Assembly (NCBI GenBank): GCA_003427395.1
Contig: BFEA01000001.1
Span: 7,851,917-7,915,916 of the forward strand
Length of the DNA: 64,000 nt
Source: Chara braunii
Taxonomy: Eukaryota; Plantae; Charophyceae
Direction of reading: 5' to 3'
Within the stretch, counting starts at the first letter, position 1. Each line of letters opens with the position of its first letter. Positions 38,901 through 51,004 of this stretch are shown one piece after another. The position numbers and the translations under genes are program-made. The notes beneath the pieces are model-generated. The model had not been told where the DNA came from. It saw nothing but the letters and a program-made list of their open reading frames with translations, and ran no database searches.

Positions 38901-39720
38901 GACACAAGCTGGATGGAGTGCTCAACGTCACGCATCGGTGGGATGCCTGCGTAGGAGAATGACGATGGGAAAATGTTGTGGTACTCTCGAATGAGGTCAC
39001 GAACTGCGGGCTCCAGGTCGACCGTATAGCGTGGGAGTTCCTAAGTGTCAACGTCGGCGGGCGACGACGAGGTGGACTCGACGGACGACGGAGGGAGAGA
39101 AGTAGAGATGGGAGGCATGGAGATAGAAGGAGGATTTGGCTCCAGAGAGATGAGCTCGACGTCGGGACAGGGTGGATCATAGTGCAAGAGATCCGTAACG
39201 TTCACCGTTAAAAAATGTGACGTCGTCCTGTCGATGAAGTGAGCGAACTGCCGAGGCGAGGTGACGGTGCTAGTAGGAGATGGTGTGGGCACGAAAGGCC
39301 CCGTGAGAGGAGGATCGGGCGTGGTATCGCAGTGGTACCTATGAAAGGTACACGATAGGTCTGTCCACACTTCGTTTTGAGAACGAGAGTGTTTGTCGCC
39401 CAATCAGCCTCGGTGCTTCGGAACCCACGAGACCACAGAGTACCGAGAATGAAATCGTACCCCATCTCCATCACATTGAAATGTGCAGAGGAGCGGTGGC
39501 GACGAGATGCCGGGGAACGATCAGTCGGCTCGAGAGTGAGGAAGAAAGGGAGGTTGGTGACCTTTTGATTGAAGAAGCGTTGGGTCTTGTCATCTCCTAC
39601 AGTGAGGGAGATGGGATTCGGAGACCCTATCGTGGATAAGTGTGCATCCTTCACCACCCGTGGGTGAATGAAGTCGCCCTGAGATCCGGAATCCCACAAC
39701 GCTAAGTACACCTTCGTGGA
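35905..39720 (-). pseudogene. pol: protease, RT, RNase H, integrase and chromodomain (multiple frameshifts)
   Basis: ALWDSGSQGDFI; MPFGPSNVP...YLDDILIYS; DASDFVVGAVLSQ; SMDFIGPL, ISDRE and HPQTDGQTE; EEFLVSDIIGRR...EYLVRWKSYPDQEATW. Confidence 0.95.
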
Positions 39721-40316
39721 GGTCCCGAGTCCTACTGGAATGATCGGAAGCGTGCGATCAGGGTCAGAGAGGATGGCGAGAAGGCGACGCAGTGCAACGA
39801 CATGGAGGGTGAGTCATTTTTGACGAGCCTGAAGCATGCTAAAGTCCAGAAGGGAGGACAGAACGTCCTCATGGTTCACAAGCGGCTCGCTACAACGGGT
39901 TGAGTGAATGGCTCGGCGCGTCGGTAATCGAGGAGAGGTAGGAGGGGAGACGGTGGTTTGCGGAAGTGCAGACGGTACTGCGACAGAGGGCCGAGTCCAC
40001 TCTTTCGGATCCTGCGATACCTCAACTCCAGTAGCGAGAGGGGCAAACCACGATAAAGATGTCGGAAAGCCGACTACCGAGGAGAGCGCAGGTGTACACT
40101 GCACCATAGTTAGGAGGTGCCACGGGGATGCGCGGCGCCGGGGGGGGACCGAGCACGACACTGGCGGGAAAGCTCGGCATACTGGCGGTCGAGGGCGGCA
40201 GTGTAAGGGCACCGCGAGGAGGTATGACCGTCTTGGCGGCAGCGTAAACACCCACGCCGACCCAAAATGGTCGTGCCTCCCACAGTGGAAAGGACACCAC
40301 AAGGAAGGACGAAGCC

Positions 40317-42175
40317 CTAAGGGAGGTCCTGCTGAGGGACCTTAGGGGGCGACGAGCGAGCGTGACCAGAGCGGCTGCGTGCTCGAGAGAGGGTGGAGAG
40401 GACGAGCTGGAGGCGCTCGACTATAGGGAGGGTAGAGTCCTCCGGGTGGTAGTGGAGGGCCTTGCAGAGGTCAAGCTCGTCACTATGGTCACCCTCAGAC
40501 GATAGCGGGGCAACAACATCCTGCTCATCATCCCCAAGCGCGCTGAAGCGGCGTAAGAAGTAGAGGTCCTGCTGCGGGGAACGGCGGGGACAACCGTAGA
40601 AAGGGAAACAACGTTGGGAAGTGCCGTGAGAGAAGGCGGGAGCGTAACCAGTACGCTGAGGCTGGGAGGAGGAAGCGGGGTGAAGATGGACCCACATCCG
40701 CTGATGGGCCCTGGCGGTCTCGTAGGCCTGCGGGGCCGATGTAAAGTCATACCGCCATAACTCAGAATGGTACTGAAGGGGAAGGCTTGCCAAAAAGTGA
40801 TCGATGAGGGCAGCCTCGGGGAGGAACGCCACATTGCAAATGAGGCAGGCGTCCTGAAAGACTTGGATGTGGCAGTTCAGGCCGACAGCGCCACTAGAGC
40901 CGGACCAGCGTGTACTGACGACACGCTTGAAGGCGTCGGTCACCTCGTGTCGGGCTTCAAAGCGATCCTCGAGGAATGCCTGAAAATCCACGAAGGTCGG
41001 GGTTCGACACTCACGAAGGGAGTGAGTGTAGAAATCCTCTCAGGCGTCGAAAGGATCGCCACGCAGGCCCGTGGAGAGGTAAGCCACCCACTGGTAAGGT
41101 GGGACGACCATGAGCTGGAGCGTGCGAGTGGCAGACTGCAGCCACCGAGGCACACGTATCCATGTACCGTCGTACAAGGCAATGTCCGTCAAGCGGACGA
41201 GTGGTGCGCCACCATTTTGGCAGCGAGGAGATTGAGGAGCAGAGGCCTGCGCTACGGCTGAGTAAGTCGGTGCCGGTCCTGGAGAGGGGGGCGCAGTTGC
41301 TGTATGACCGGACCGCATGGTGGAGCGGCGCGGGGAACAGCGGCACGCTGTGCGGGAGTTGTGGTAGAAGAGGTCGCAGCAACCGATGAAGTAATAAGGA
41401 GATAGGACGGGGATGTTTGGGGTGCAGGGCGAGGGAGGCGAGCCTGCATGGATGGAAGAGTAGAGGAAGAAGGGGGTGCGCCCGAAGGCGCGGCCACTGG
41501 TGAGGGTAGGGGTGGTTGAAGGCGTAAGAAGACGAGGTCAGCCCAGGTCTGGGCAAGCTTGGCCTCAAGACGTCGGACATAGATCGAGCGAGGAATAGTG
41601 GGAGGAGGAGTGGGGGAAGTAGACGCACGAGCGGCGCTGGGCATCCTATAAGGGGGAGAGTCAGGTGGCGCTGCGGTCGTGCGGAGGGGAGGGAGAAGTG
41701 GGGCACCCGGAAAAGTTGAGACAACGACAGAGGGTTGTGGTTCCGTGGCCGTAGTGAGCGGAGTCTGGGCGGGTGCGCCCGTAGAGTGAGGAGACGTCTG
41801 GCCCGTGACTGCCGTCGCGCGAGGAGCATGGACGGTCACCAAAATGGTCGGATCGGGGGTAGCGGAGGAGGAAGCTCCGTCGTGGTCACCACATCGGAGG
41901 ACTAGGGACCCGGACTGGGAGCAAGGAGAAGAGAGAGAGTTAGGAGAGGAAGGACGCGTAGTGTCCTGGAGTTGCCGCATGCCAGCAGCAAGAGTCGCCA
42001 CCTGCGCCTGTAAGGGAGGAAGGGTCGCCAGTTGCGCCTGGATGGGGACGAGGAAGGAGGTGAAGAGGGTGTGCAGATCCCCCTGGGGCTGATAGCCCTG
42101 GTCCGCCGGCACGGGTGTGGAGCCCGGCGCCGAGGTCGTCGCCGCGTCGACGGCTTGTGACACCCCATCGGCCAT
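40317..42175 (-). pseudogene. gag-like region (Pro/Ser-rich N-terminus plus capsid-like part)
   Basis: ORFs 41252-42175 and 40317-40991 (DFQAFLEDRF...LIDHFLASLP) lie upstream of the protease and are homologous to ~27000-28900. Confidence 0.7.
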
Positions 42176-42853
42176 GGGGAGGTGACGGGCCGGATTGGAG
42201 GGGGCTAGAGGAGATCCGCGTGAGCGGATGGCGTAAGGGGGGGTCTGCGATAGAAAGTGACGGGCAATGCTAGCGAGTCTAGCGGGGATGCTGTCAAAGG
42301 GAGAAAGGTGGTTCGGGTCTAGGGTGCCCGAATGGGACGGGGAAGTAGGGAGAAGGGTGATGGGAGAGTAGGCGGGTTAGGAGAACCCTAAACCCTAGAA
42401 AAACCCTAAGAAAAGCCTAACTGGAGTTTGGGTGGTTAGGGTAGGGTAGCGGCACCCTAATTAAGAAAAAAAAATAGCAACCATGGAGGGGAGGGGGAGA
42501 GAACAATAAATAAACAGTGAAATTTTAAGAGAAAAAAAAAAAAATAAAAAAAAATTAAGGAAATAAGTAAAAAAAATGTGAAGAGAAAAAAAATATTGTT
42601 TTTTTTAGAATTTTCGGCAGCATTTCTCAACCCCCCATGAGGTCAAAAATGTGTCAGGAGGAAGGGGAGACAAAGAGAAGCATGCTAAATTTTACAATGC
42701 CGTTGTCGAGCGCATCGGCCCCCGCCTTTTTGCAAAGAAGTGGGAGTCCTCCCGGCTATGTCACGCAGGAGTTAAAACAAAAACAAAACCAAGAGACAAC
42801 TTAGGACGATGCATAAATAATCCCGCAAACCGCCGAGACGGGCGCGGTAGCAT

Positions 42854-44516
42854 TGTCCCTTCGCCGCTCTAGCCGGGTGCGCCAGCTGTACATCTCACGG
42901 TCCCCTACGACAGGATAGGTTTTCGTGGGGCACATCTTACCTTTCCTAAGGAGCTGTCACCACCCTCAGGGGCGTATCCCTACCGAGCTACTGACCCACG
43001 TGCGAAAGCCTTTACATGCAATTGCAAAGGTAGGTCAGTTGAGGGCATTTGCTCGCTCGCTGGAATATAGATACGCTTGGTTAACGCCAAGTGGACCCGG
43101 GTTGTCCGTCTCCTGAGGTGCTGATCTCCTAGGTACGAACGAACGTCGGTCGACTAGGACGGTCTCAACCAGACGTGAAACCCACAATATAATTATAGTC
43201 CCTTTACAACTCTCTGATCACAAAATAAAATCAATACACTTTATATCCAATCACACAAGATTGGATTTTGACTCGATGAGACGATCTGCCAAAGGTGGAG
43301 GCTTGATGTTGACGAAAGATTTGGATGACCAACCTAACCTTTGACCTATGGTTGAGTCTGTCGATACCTATCAAACCCTGCCAGGAATGACTTCTGCAAG
43401 TAAATTTCACTGCTACCATGCAGATCAACAAGTGATCTGGTTCCCGGCTGAAGTTTGAACTCTTGGTTCGACCACACCTCCGCAACATATATAACTTAGC
43501 CGGAGGCGCGTATCAATTATGTTGGTCGCTTTGTCCTCCAGGGCAATAATTACTCTTTCTGTTTCACAAATGATGAAGTATCCATCTACATCATTAGGTC
43601 ATTCAAAACAAAACCGCAGTTGATATCGCTGCGCAAGGAGAACCATCACCTTCATTACCTACTTATTCTTGTGGGATGGAGCTTCTTCTGTCTCCGACAC
43701 GCACCTATCCCTCTAGGAAGTGGTCTTGTGGATACTCCTTCCCCTCGCCCGAGCCCGAAGACTCGGATCTCAGAGGTTGGGCCATCACCACCGAGTCGGC
43801 AGAGTACCACCCCCGACGAGTCGGGTCCACTCCAAGTCGATAACAGGGCCGACTCCGAAAGCATACAAACCCCCGCCTTGGATGCTTCCTAGAGAGAAAG
43901 ACTGCATTCGCCATGAGTAGGTTTTCTTTTACTCTCATTGCTCATAAGTTTTGGGTAACTCAGATAAAAAAAGGAACTGAAGAAGATAGACGACGAGGAT
44001 TAGTTGGACAGGTATAGGTAGATAAGGTCATTCGGGATAGAAAAAGTTAATCATGGGCAGAAAGCTAAATCCGTTTGACCTTATCTGCTTTATTTCAATC
44101 GAATTCATTCTACGACACACGTTGAATAATATTTCCCAAAACAACAGTTCTTTTAACGAGCAAGCAGGTGGGAGGTAGAAGGAGGGACTATCTCCAACAG
44201 GCACAATCAATCCCCTTTGCAAGCACCCTTCTACCTAGATGCACATCAAACCAAACAACAAGTTCAAAGGAAAGCAAAGCAAACCCGAACTCACGTTAGA
44301 CTCTCATTCACACACGCAAACACACATTTTTTTTACCTTTTCAGTGAACATTCAAAGGACAGGGTCAAGCAAAGTGTGGGTTCACACAAGTGTGAAGGGG
44401 TCTGAGTCAAACTGACCTCGAGTGAAGTTTGGTCTGACCCACTCAAGAAGACCGTATAGAATCACACCACTTGACGAGAAGGTTATCGCAACAAGTCGTC
44501 AGCAAAGTGATCCACA
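42854..44516 (-). repeat. LTR of family Y, with PPT-like AGGGAGTGG at ~45900-45908 displaced by the hAT insertion
   Basis: Homologous to the reverse complement of ~52900-53100 and 55330-55751; TG...CA ends. Confidence 0.6.
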
Positions 44517-44517
44517 C

Positions 44518-45277
44518 CAGAGGTGGCAACTGGGTAACCGTTGCCCGTACCCGACTGTACCCAACTGTAACTGGCGGGTTATGGGCAGGTACAGGTACCC
44601 TTCCGAAGGGGGGCATTGGTATGGGCAGGCGTAAATTTTATTTGTGGATTTCAGGGCAGACATGGTTGCACTGCGTGGAGATCACGGGCAGGCATGAGCG
44701 GGTACTAGCAGTGAAAAGGAAAAAAACACAGGTATGGGCGGGCAAGGAAAAAAAAAAGCACGGGTACAATCGTTATAGGGTGGTGAAAAAAACAATCAGA
44801 TGGGTATGGGCGGGTAAGCAACTCTGTCGGGTAACCGTACGTAATATCCACCTTCCCCCTTTTCCCCCCCTTCCGTTCTTCCCACTGTTCTCAGAAAATA
44901 TGCAGACCGGGGGAGCTGTATTTTTCTTAGGCACAACTTTTTTTCCTGGCACGAACGGCGAGAAAAATATTGAATTAGCCTCCCAACTTTGAAATTTGCC
45001 ATTGTCGAAATTGGAAGGCTACAGCCTCACCTCAGGGAGCTCCCCCTTGGAAATTGACCGCCCGTTATGGTTGTACCCGCCGCCCTTCTGTGTGTGCATG
45101 CCACTGCATGGCCATCGTCCCCCCGTCGTGGTTGTACCCGCTGCCGTTCTGTGTGTGTTGGATGTCCATGAGAGAGAGAGAGAGAGAGAGAGAGAGANNN
45201 NNNNNNNNNNNNNNNNNNNNNNNNNNNNNNNNNNNNNNNNNNNNNNNNNNNNNNNNNNNNNNNNNNNNNNNNNNNNN

Positions 45278-45324
<47 letters not shown>

Positions 45325-45892
45325 AGGTCAGTCTTCAACCCTGTGGCTGGCCTCACGCTATTTTCATCGATAGGATGAGCAAAATCGAATGAATCTTCCA
45401 CGAAGGGCAGTTAGAGGGAATAGGGGGCGGTTGGGGGCGGTTAGGGGCGGTTGGGGACAGTTAGTGGCGATAAGGGGCGGTTAGGGACGGTTGGGGACAT
45501 TTAGGGGCAGTTAGGGGCGGTTGAGGACAGTTAGGGGTGGTTGGGGACAGTTAGGGGTGGTTATGGGTGGGTGCATACAATTGTGGGTGGGTACGGGTGG
45601 GTACGGGTGAAAAAAAAATTGCTTGGGTACGGTACAAATGGTTAACAAAAGGTTTGGGTGCAGGTGGTCATGGATAGTTTTAAAACAGAAAGTCCAGGGG
45701 CAGTTATGGGCAGATACAGTTTTAAGGGGTTAAGGTAGGGCAGGTACGTGTACACTTTTTTTTTTTTTAGCAGGTAAGGATGGGTAAAGGTCCGGTAGAC
45801 CATCTATACAGTGGGTATGGGTGGATAGTTTTCAAAGAGGGTATGGGTAGGTAAGGTACAGGTATTAAAAAAAATCCCAGTTGCCACCTCTG
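44518..45892. mobile_element. Non-autonomous hAT element
   Basis: Perfect 17-bp TIRs CAGAGGTGGCAACTGGG/CCCAGTTGCCACCTCTG and a perfect 8-bp TSD ATCCACAC. Confidence 0.92.
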
Positions 45893-47514
45893 ATCCACAC
45901 CACTCCCTATAATGATGGTTTGCCGCGACACCCTTTCAACACACAATCACCTCTCAATATTCCGACGACGTCTCAATGTCGCCGTTACACGCCTTAAATG
46001 TCACTGCGTCACTGCGGTGCCACGTTCAAGTCACTTCCAAACGCACTACCACTTCAACGGCACCTTCCCTGCATCAATGTCACGTCACTGCTTTATATAG
46101 TCAGTGGAAAATACTGTTGTCACCGCCGTGAAAAATCGGCAGCGCTTCTGCACTACTACCGTTAAAACCAAGGCTGCCGCCGCAGAAATCCGGCAGCGCT
46201 TCCGCACCACTGCCAGAATCTCAGTGCCGCCGCCACAAAAAATTGGTAGCGCTTCCTCGTCACTGCCAAAATCTCAGTGCCGCAAAAAAATCGGCAGCGC
46301 TTCCGCGTCACCGCTAAAAAACGCCGTCGTTACCGTGCCGAACGAACAGCATCACCCCAACGTCACTCTAAAATGGCTGCCGACGCTGCGCAACACGGGC
46401 AGAGTCTCCCCTGCACTACTTGCCGAAGACCTATCGCCGCCATGCAAAATGGGCAGAGTCTCCCCTGCACCACTTGTCGAGAACTTGCTGCGAACAGCAG
46501 CACCTCCCGCTGGCACCACACAGCCCGGTGGCTATGGGCACCAACCTCAACCTATGCCGGGGCCGCACCACTCCAGCGACTTTGTCCCTCCATTCAGAGG
46601 TGGTGGCTATGGTAGCCTCCAGCCTCAGCCTTCCTGCAAAACTCCACTCTCCACCTCCAGCCAGCAGCTCCTCCTCCAAACAACCAGCATTCACTTAAGT
46701 ACAATGCCAGCAGCACCAGCCAAAAATGAATGCTGGCTGGCTGGCTGGCTGCTGGCTGTTTTATAGCTGGTTGGAGGCTGAGGGCAGCTGCTTTGCCCCC
46801 AGCCAAATCTCAGAATAGGGTCTGGCCCTTGATCTAAAACGAGATCAAGGGCTGGAAATCTTGATGTTCCCCTTGGGGAACCAAGTTTCTGGCCCTAATA
46901 ATGCATTTGGCTGCCGCCCGCAGCCAGACGCAGTCCACAAATGGTTGTATCAAGCCATTTCCAGCCTGCATATTCAACTGAACAGGCCAGGTCCCATCAG
47001 CCCCTAGAAGCTTCTTGGGGCTGCACCTGTCCCACGATCGCGACCATATTCGCGGCCGTTTTCTTTCTTCCGTCCCTCTTCTTTTTCTCTCTTCTCCTTC
47101 TTATTTATACCCCCTGCATCTTTTCTAATCCCGCGGCCACGTTCATGGCCGTTACTTATTTTTTTCTTCTCCCCCTCTTCTTCCCTACAAGCCCTGCCTT
47201 CTTTAAACGCGCCCGCACCTGGACACCAAAAGTGCCAGGTTCGGGCCATCACAGAGAGCAACTGCCCGTTTCTAGTCACGAACGGGCGCAGCTCTTTGCT
47301 ACCACGACGTTCAGGGGAGGAGGGGGAACTAGAACAAAAACAGAAAGAAGAAAAAGAAAAAACTAAAAAATAAAAACTAAGAAAAAAAAAAAAAAAAAAA
47401 AAAAAACCCTATAAAAAAGGAACGAACTCACCTGAATCGTGGGCAGGAAGTCGCACAAAGCCTTCACACATAGCCACACAGCGCGGCACATTCGCTCGTT
47501 TTTGCCCATCCATA

Positions 47515-47575
47515 GATGGGTTGTCGGGGCACAGCCCCCTGATGAGTCGGTGCAAGTCCGACGAAACGGCCTATC
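47515..47575 (+). ncRNA. Type III hammerhead ribozyme 1
   Basis: GAUGGGUUGUC^GGGGC-ACA-GCCCC-CUGAUGA-GUCGG-UGCAAGU-CCGAC-GAAA-CGGCCUAUC. The core is complete and all three stems pair. Confidence 0.92.
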
Positions 47576-47666
47576 CCAGTCACGTCCTCTCCTCTCTCTC
47601 TCACACACACACACTCACATTGGACCTGTCGTGCCCGAATACGGCCGCAATTATACGCCCGATTCA

Positions 47667-47726
47667 GCCAACTGTCGAGGTCCAGCCTCCTGATGAGTCG
47701 GTGGAAGTCCGACGAAACAGTCTGGC
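47667..47726 (+). ncRNA. Type III hammerhead ribozyme 2
   Basis: GCCAACUGUC^GAGGU-CCA-GCCUC-CUGAUGA-GUCGG-UGGAAGU-CCGAC-GAAA-CAGUCUGGC. Confidence 0.92.
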
Positions 47727-48997
47727 ACAGTGATGCTTTTTTTTCCTACTACGCCCGTTCGTTCGAAACGAACGGGTGCTAAGGCCCCAAGAGGAAAATT
47801 TAAAAGAAAGAGAAAAAGAAAATCCAAAGAAAAGAAAATGACAAAATCTAAAAGAAATCTAAGACAAATCTAGAAAGAATAATAATAATAAAAGAAGAAG
47901 AAGAAAACAAAATAAGAAACAGACTTACCTGTGCAAAACGATCACCCGTTTTCGGGCGCTGTCAGTGCATTGGGGACTGAAGTGCCCCAGGCACTTCGTA
48001 GTGCGCCATGTGGCATTTCCGTTTAATTTTAGTTTTAGTTTTTTTTCTTTTTTTTTCTTTTTTTTTGTATAAGCCGTTGGCTTATGCCAACGATCACTTC
48101 CATGTTCGTGGCTCAACCACGAACTGCTGGAATACAGACCAGAGCTCGAATCCATATGAGTCCGACATTTTTATTTTTATTTGTATTATTATTATTTTTT
48201 CTTTTCAATTTGCGCGTGTCATGCTTGAAAGCGCAGGGGCCATGCTGATCTCTCACGCGCGGTCGATCAGGGCCGTGCAATCTCCTCGATCGACGGTCGG
48301 ATCCGTCCGTGCAAGCCACGTACAGTGACCAGCTCCGAAAGGAGCTCTGCCCAGTAGGGCACGACATTCGCGACAGTGATAGGAGCAGCTCTTCTATAAG
48401 AAGAGCTGGCCCAGTCACTATCCCCCATGTCGGGGCTTTGCAGGCACCGCCTGCCTATGGCCTCGCAGGTCCTGTCTGCCTGTGTCCTACGGGTCTCGCC
48501 TGCGGACCCGCGCCCGTGGTGCAGCCGCGTAACCACGGCTTGGTTGGCCACCCGACCAGATAGGCCTATGAATACCCCCCGGCGGCGGACAAGCGCGGCC
48601 AAGTCCGCGGCCGCGGTCGCGTCCGCGCGGACGCGCGACTTTGGCGCCACGTGGCAGCCAGAGGGGAGGGGGTGTCGGGATTCTGGAAGCGCCATTGGAC
48701 GACGCATCCCCTGCCCCACCCCCCCACACAAAAAAAAAAGAAAAAAAAACAACTTTTGGTTGGGGGGTTTGGCCAACCGAGTCAAAAAAAAGAAGAAAAA
48801 AAAAATAACGTGTTTTTTTTTCTTTTTTTTTCGTTGATTGATTGATTGATTGATTTGTGGGGGCGGGGTCACCCCGCCCCACGACTGATTGATTGATTGA
48901 TTGATTGGTTCATTCATTCATTCATTCATTCATTCATTCATTCATTAAGCGGAAAAAAAAATAAATGAATGCGTTTTTTTTTTCTTTTTTATTTTTC

Positions 48998-49046
<49 letters not shown>

Positions 49047-49167
49047 GGGGGCGGGGTTGCCCCCCCACCCCCCACAGGCGCACTCACACACACATACGTA
49101 GTATTGTAGTCTTGTATATTTCGATGTTCTAGCGGAAAATTCATTCGATTTTGCCTTTTTTTGTTTC

Positions 49168-49202
<35 letters not shown>

Positions 49203-49710
49203 NNNNNNNNNNNNNNNNNNNNNNNNNNNNNNNNNNNNNNNNNNNNNNNNNNNNNNNNNNNNNNNNNNNNNNNNNNNNNNNNNNNNNNNNNNNNNNNNNN
49301 NNNNNNNNNNNNNNNNNNNNNNNNNNNNNNNNNNNNNNNNNNNNNNNNNNNNNNNNNNNNNNNNNNNNNNNNNNNNNNNNNNNNNNNNNNNNNNNNNNNN
49401 NNNNNNNNNNNNNNNNNNNNNNNNNNNNNNNNNNNNNNNNNNNNNNNNNNNNNNNNNNNNNNNNNNNNNNNNNNNNNNNNNNNNNNNNNNNNNNNNNNNN
49501 NNNNNNNNNNNNNNNNNNNNNNNNNNNNNNNNNNNNNNNNNNNNNNNNNNNNNNNNNNNNNNNNNNNNNNNNNNNNNNNNNNNNNNNNNNNNNNNNNNNN
49601 NNNNNNNNNNNNNNNNNNNNNNNNNNNNNNNNNNNNNNNNNNNNNNNNNNNNNNNNNNNNNNNNNNNNNNNNNNNNNNNNNNNNNNNNNNNNNNNNNNNN
49701 NNNNNNNNNN

Positions 49711-49747
<37 letters not shown>

Positions 49748-50968
49748 ACGTGGTGGGTGGCGGGGGGGTAGGGCAACTCGTCCCCCACCACTCAATCAAT
49801 CAATCAATCAATTAATCAATCAATCAAACCCCTTTTTTTATATATATTTTTATTTTGCATCTACATTTTTCAAAACACCTCATACTTCTGCAAAAAACAT
49901 AAATTCAATTATGAAAAAATACAGGTAAACTCACGGACCATATATCTCATGATAAAAAATGACACAAAAAAAATTCTGGTTTTCTTTATATTTTGTTTTT
50001 AGTTTTTTTTTAAATCCAATTTAGTTTTTGATTTTTTTAAAATCCTAAACAAAGTCGGATCCCAAAATTTTTTTTTGGGTTGTAGGGCTTGAAATTCCCT
50101 ACAACCCTATATATATATATTTTTTTTACCCATGATTTAATTCAGGAAAATTCTTGCAAAATCACGTCTGTGGCGCGGACCTGGTCAGCTGCGGATGCAG
50201 ACCCATTTGGGTCCGCGATCCGAGCACGGCCCCACGGACACGTCCGCGGGTGTTTCATAGAGGTAGGCCTTAGCATGGGCCTGTGGGCCCTCTCCCTTGG
50301 ATCGAGGTCAACCCCCGCGCCCCAGGAAAAAAATAAAAATTTTTATTCCTCCCGCGCCGAGGCCCCACATTATTTTAGGTAGAATAGGTATAAAATTATT
50401 ACATTTTACGGTCGTACGTTCGTGCGGCGTTACCAAACATGGGAAGAAACTTGGTCACGCTGCCGGTTCTTACTATCGATACCATATGCCTCAAGCGTCG
50501 GGTTTTAAGTCTTAGTCTTTCAGTCATAGGTCAAGTTTGAATAAACTTATGGCAGATAACCCATCACATCAAGTTGTGAAGCCCGAATAACCATTTACTA
50601 AGTCGGAAATCGTTCGACATTTGAAAACACCGAGCAAATACCCTTGTAAGGGTTTCCGCACCGACACCGCAAATGATAATTTTTAGAAAAATAATAAATA
50701 AAAAAACAATCAAATAGAAATTAATAAATAAATAGGGAGGTGGAGAATGAAGAAAAATTAAGTGTTGAACTTTTTAAAAATTTTGGCAGTATTTCGTTAC
50801 CCCCATGGTGTCAAAGTGTGCCGGCAAAAGATATGACTAAGATGGAAGAGAATAGGGAGAAAAGATAAAATTTCGACAGCACTTCATTACCCCCACGGGG
50901 TCAAAATGTGCGTTGAGAGCTGAAATAACTAAGTTTTAAACAAATTTAGAGGTGCCGCAGAAAAATTT

Positions 50969-51004
<36 letters not shown>

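Larger units (their letters stand above)
42704..50666. mobile_element. Large insertion with TGTCGAG...CCGACA termini (family X) and nested content
   Basis: Both ends match the ends of 55764-63347; TSD CCGT/CCGC. Confidence 0.7.

Noticed and set aside
48945-49928. Long ORFs in the ORF track
   Set aside because: They run through N gaps and (ATTG)n/(TG)n microsatellites.
48561-50265. MITE with TAGGCCTATGAATAC...GTTTCATAGAGGTA termini
   Set aside because: The inverted ends are imperfect, no TSD was found, and a 500-N gap intervenes, so it was not called.
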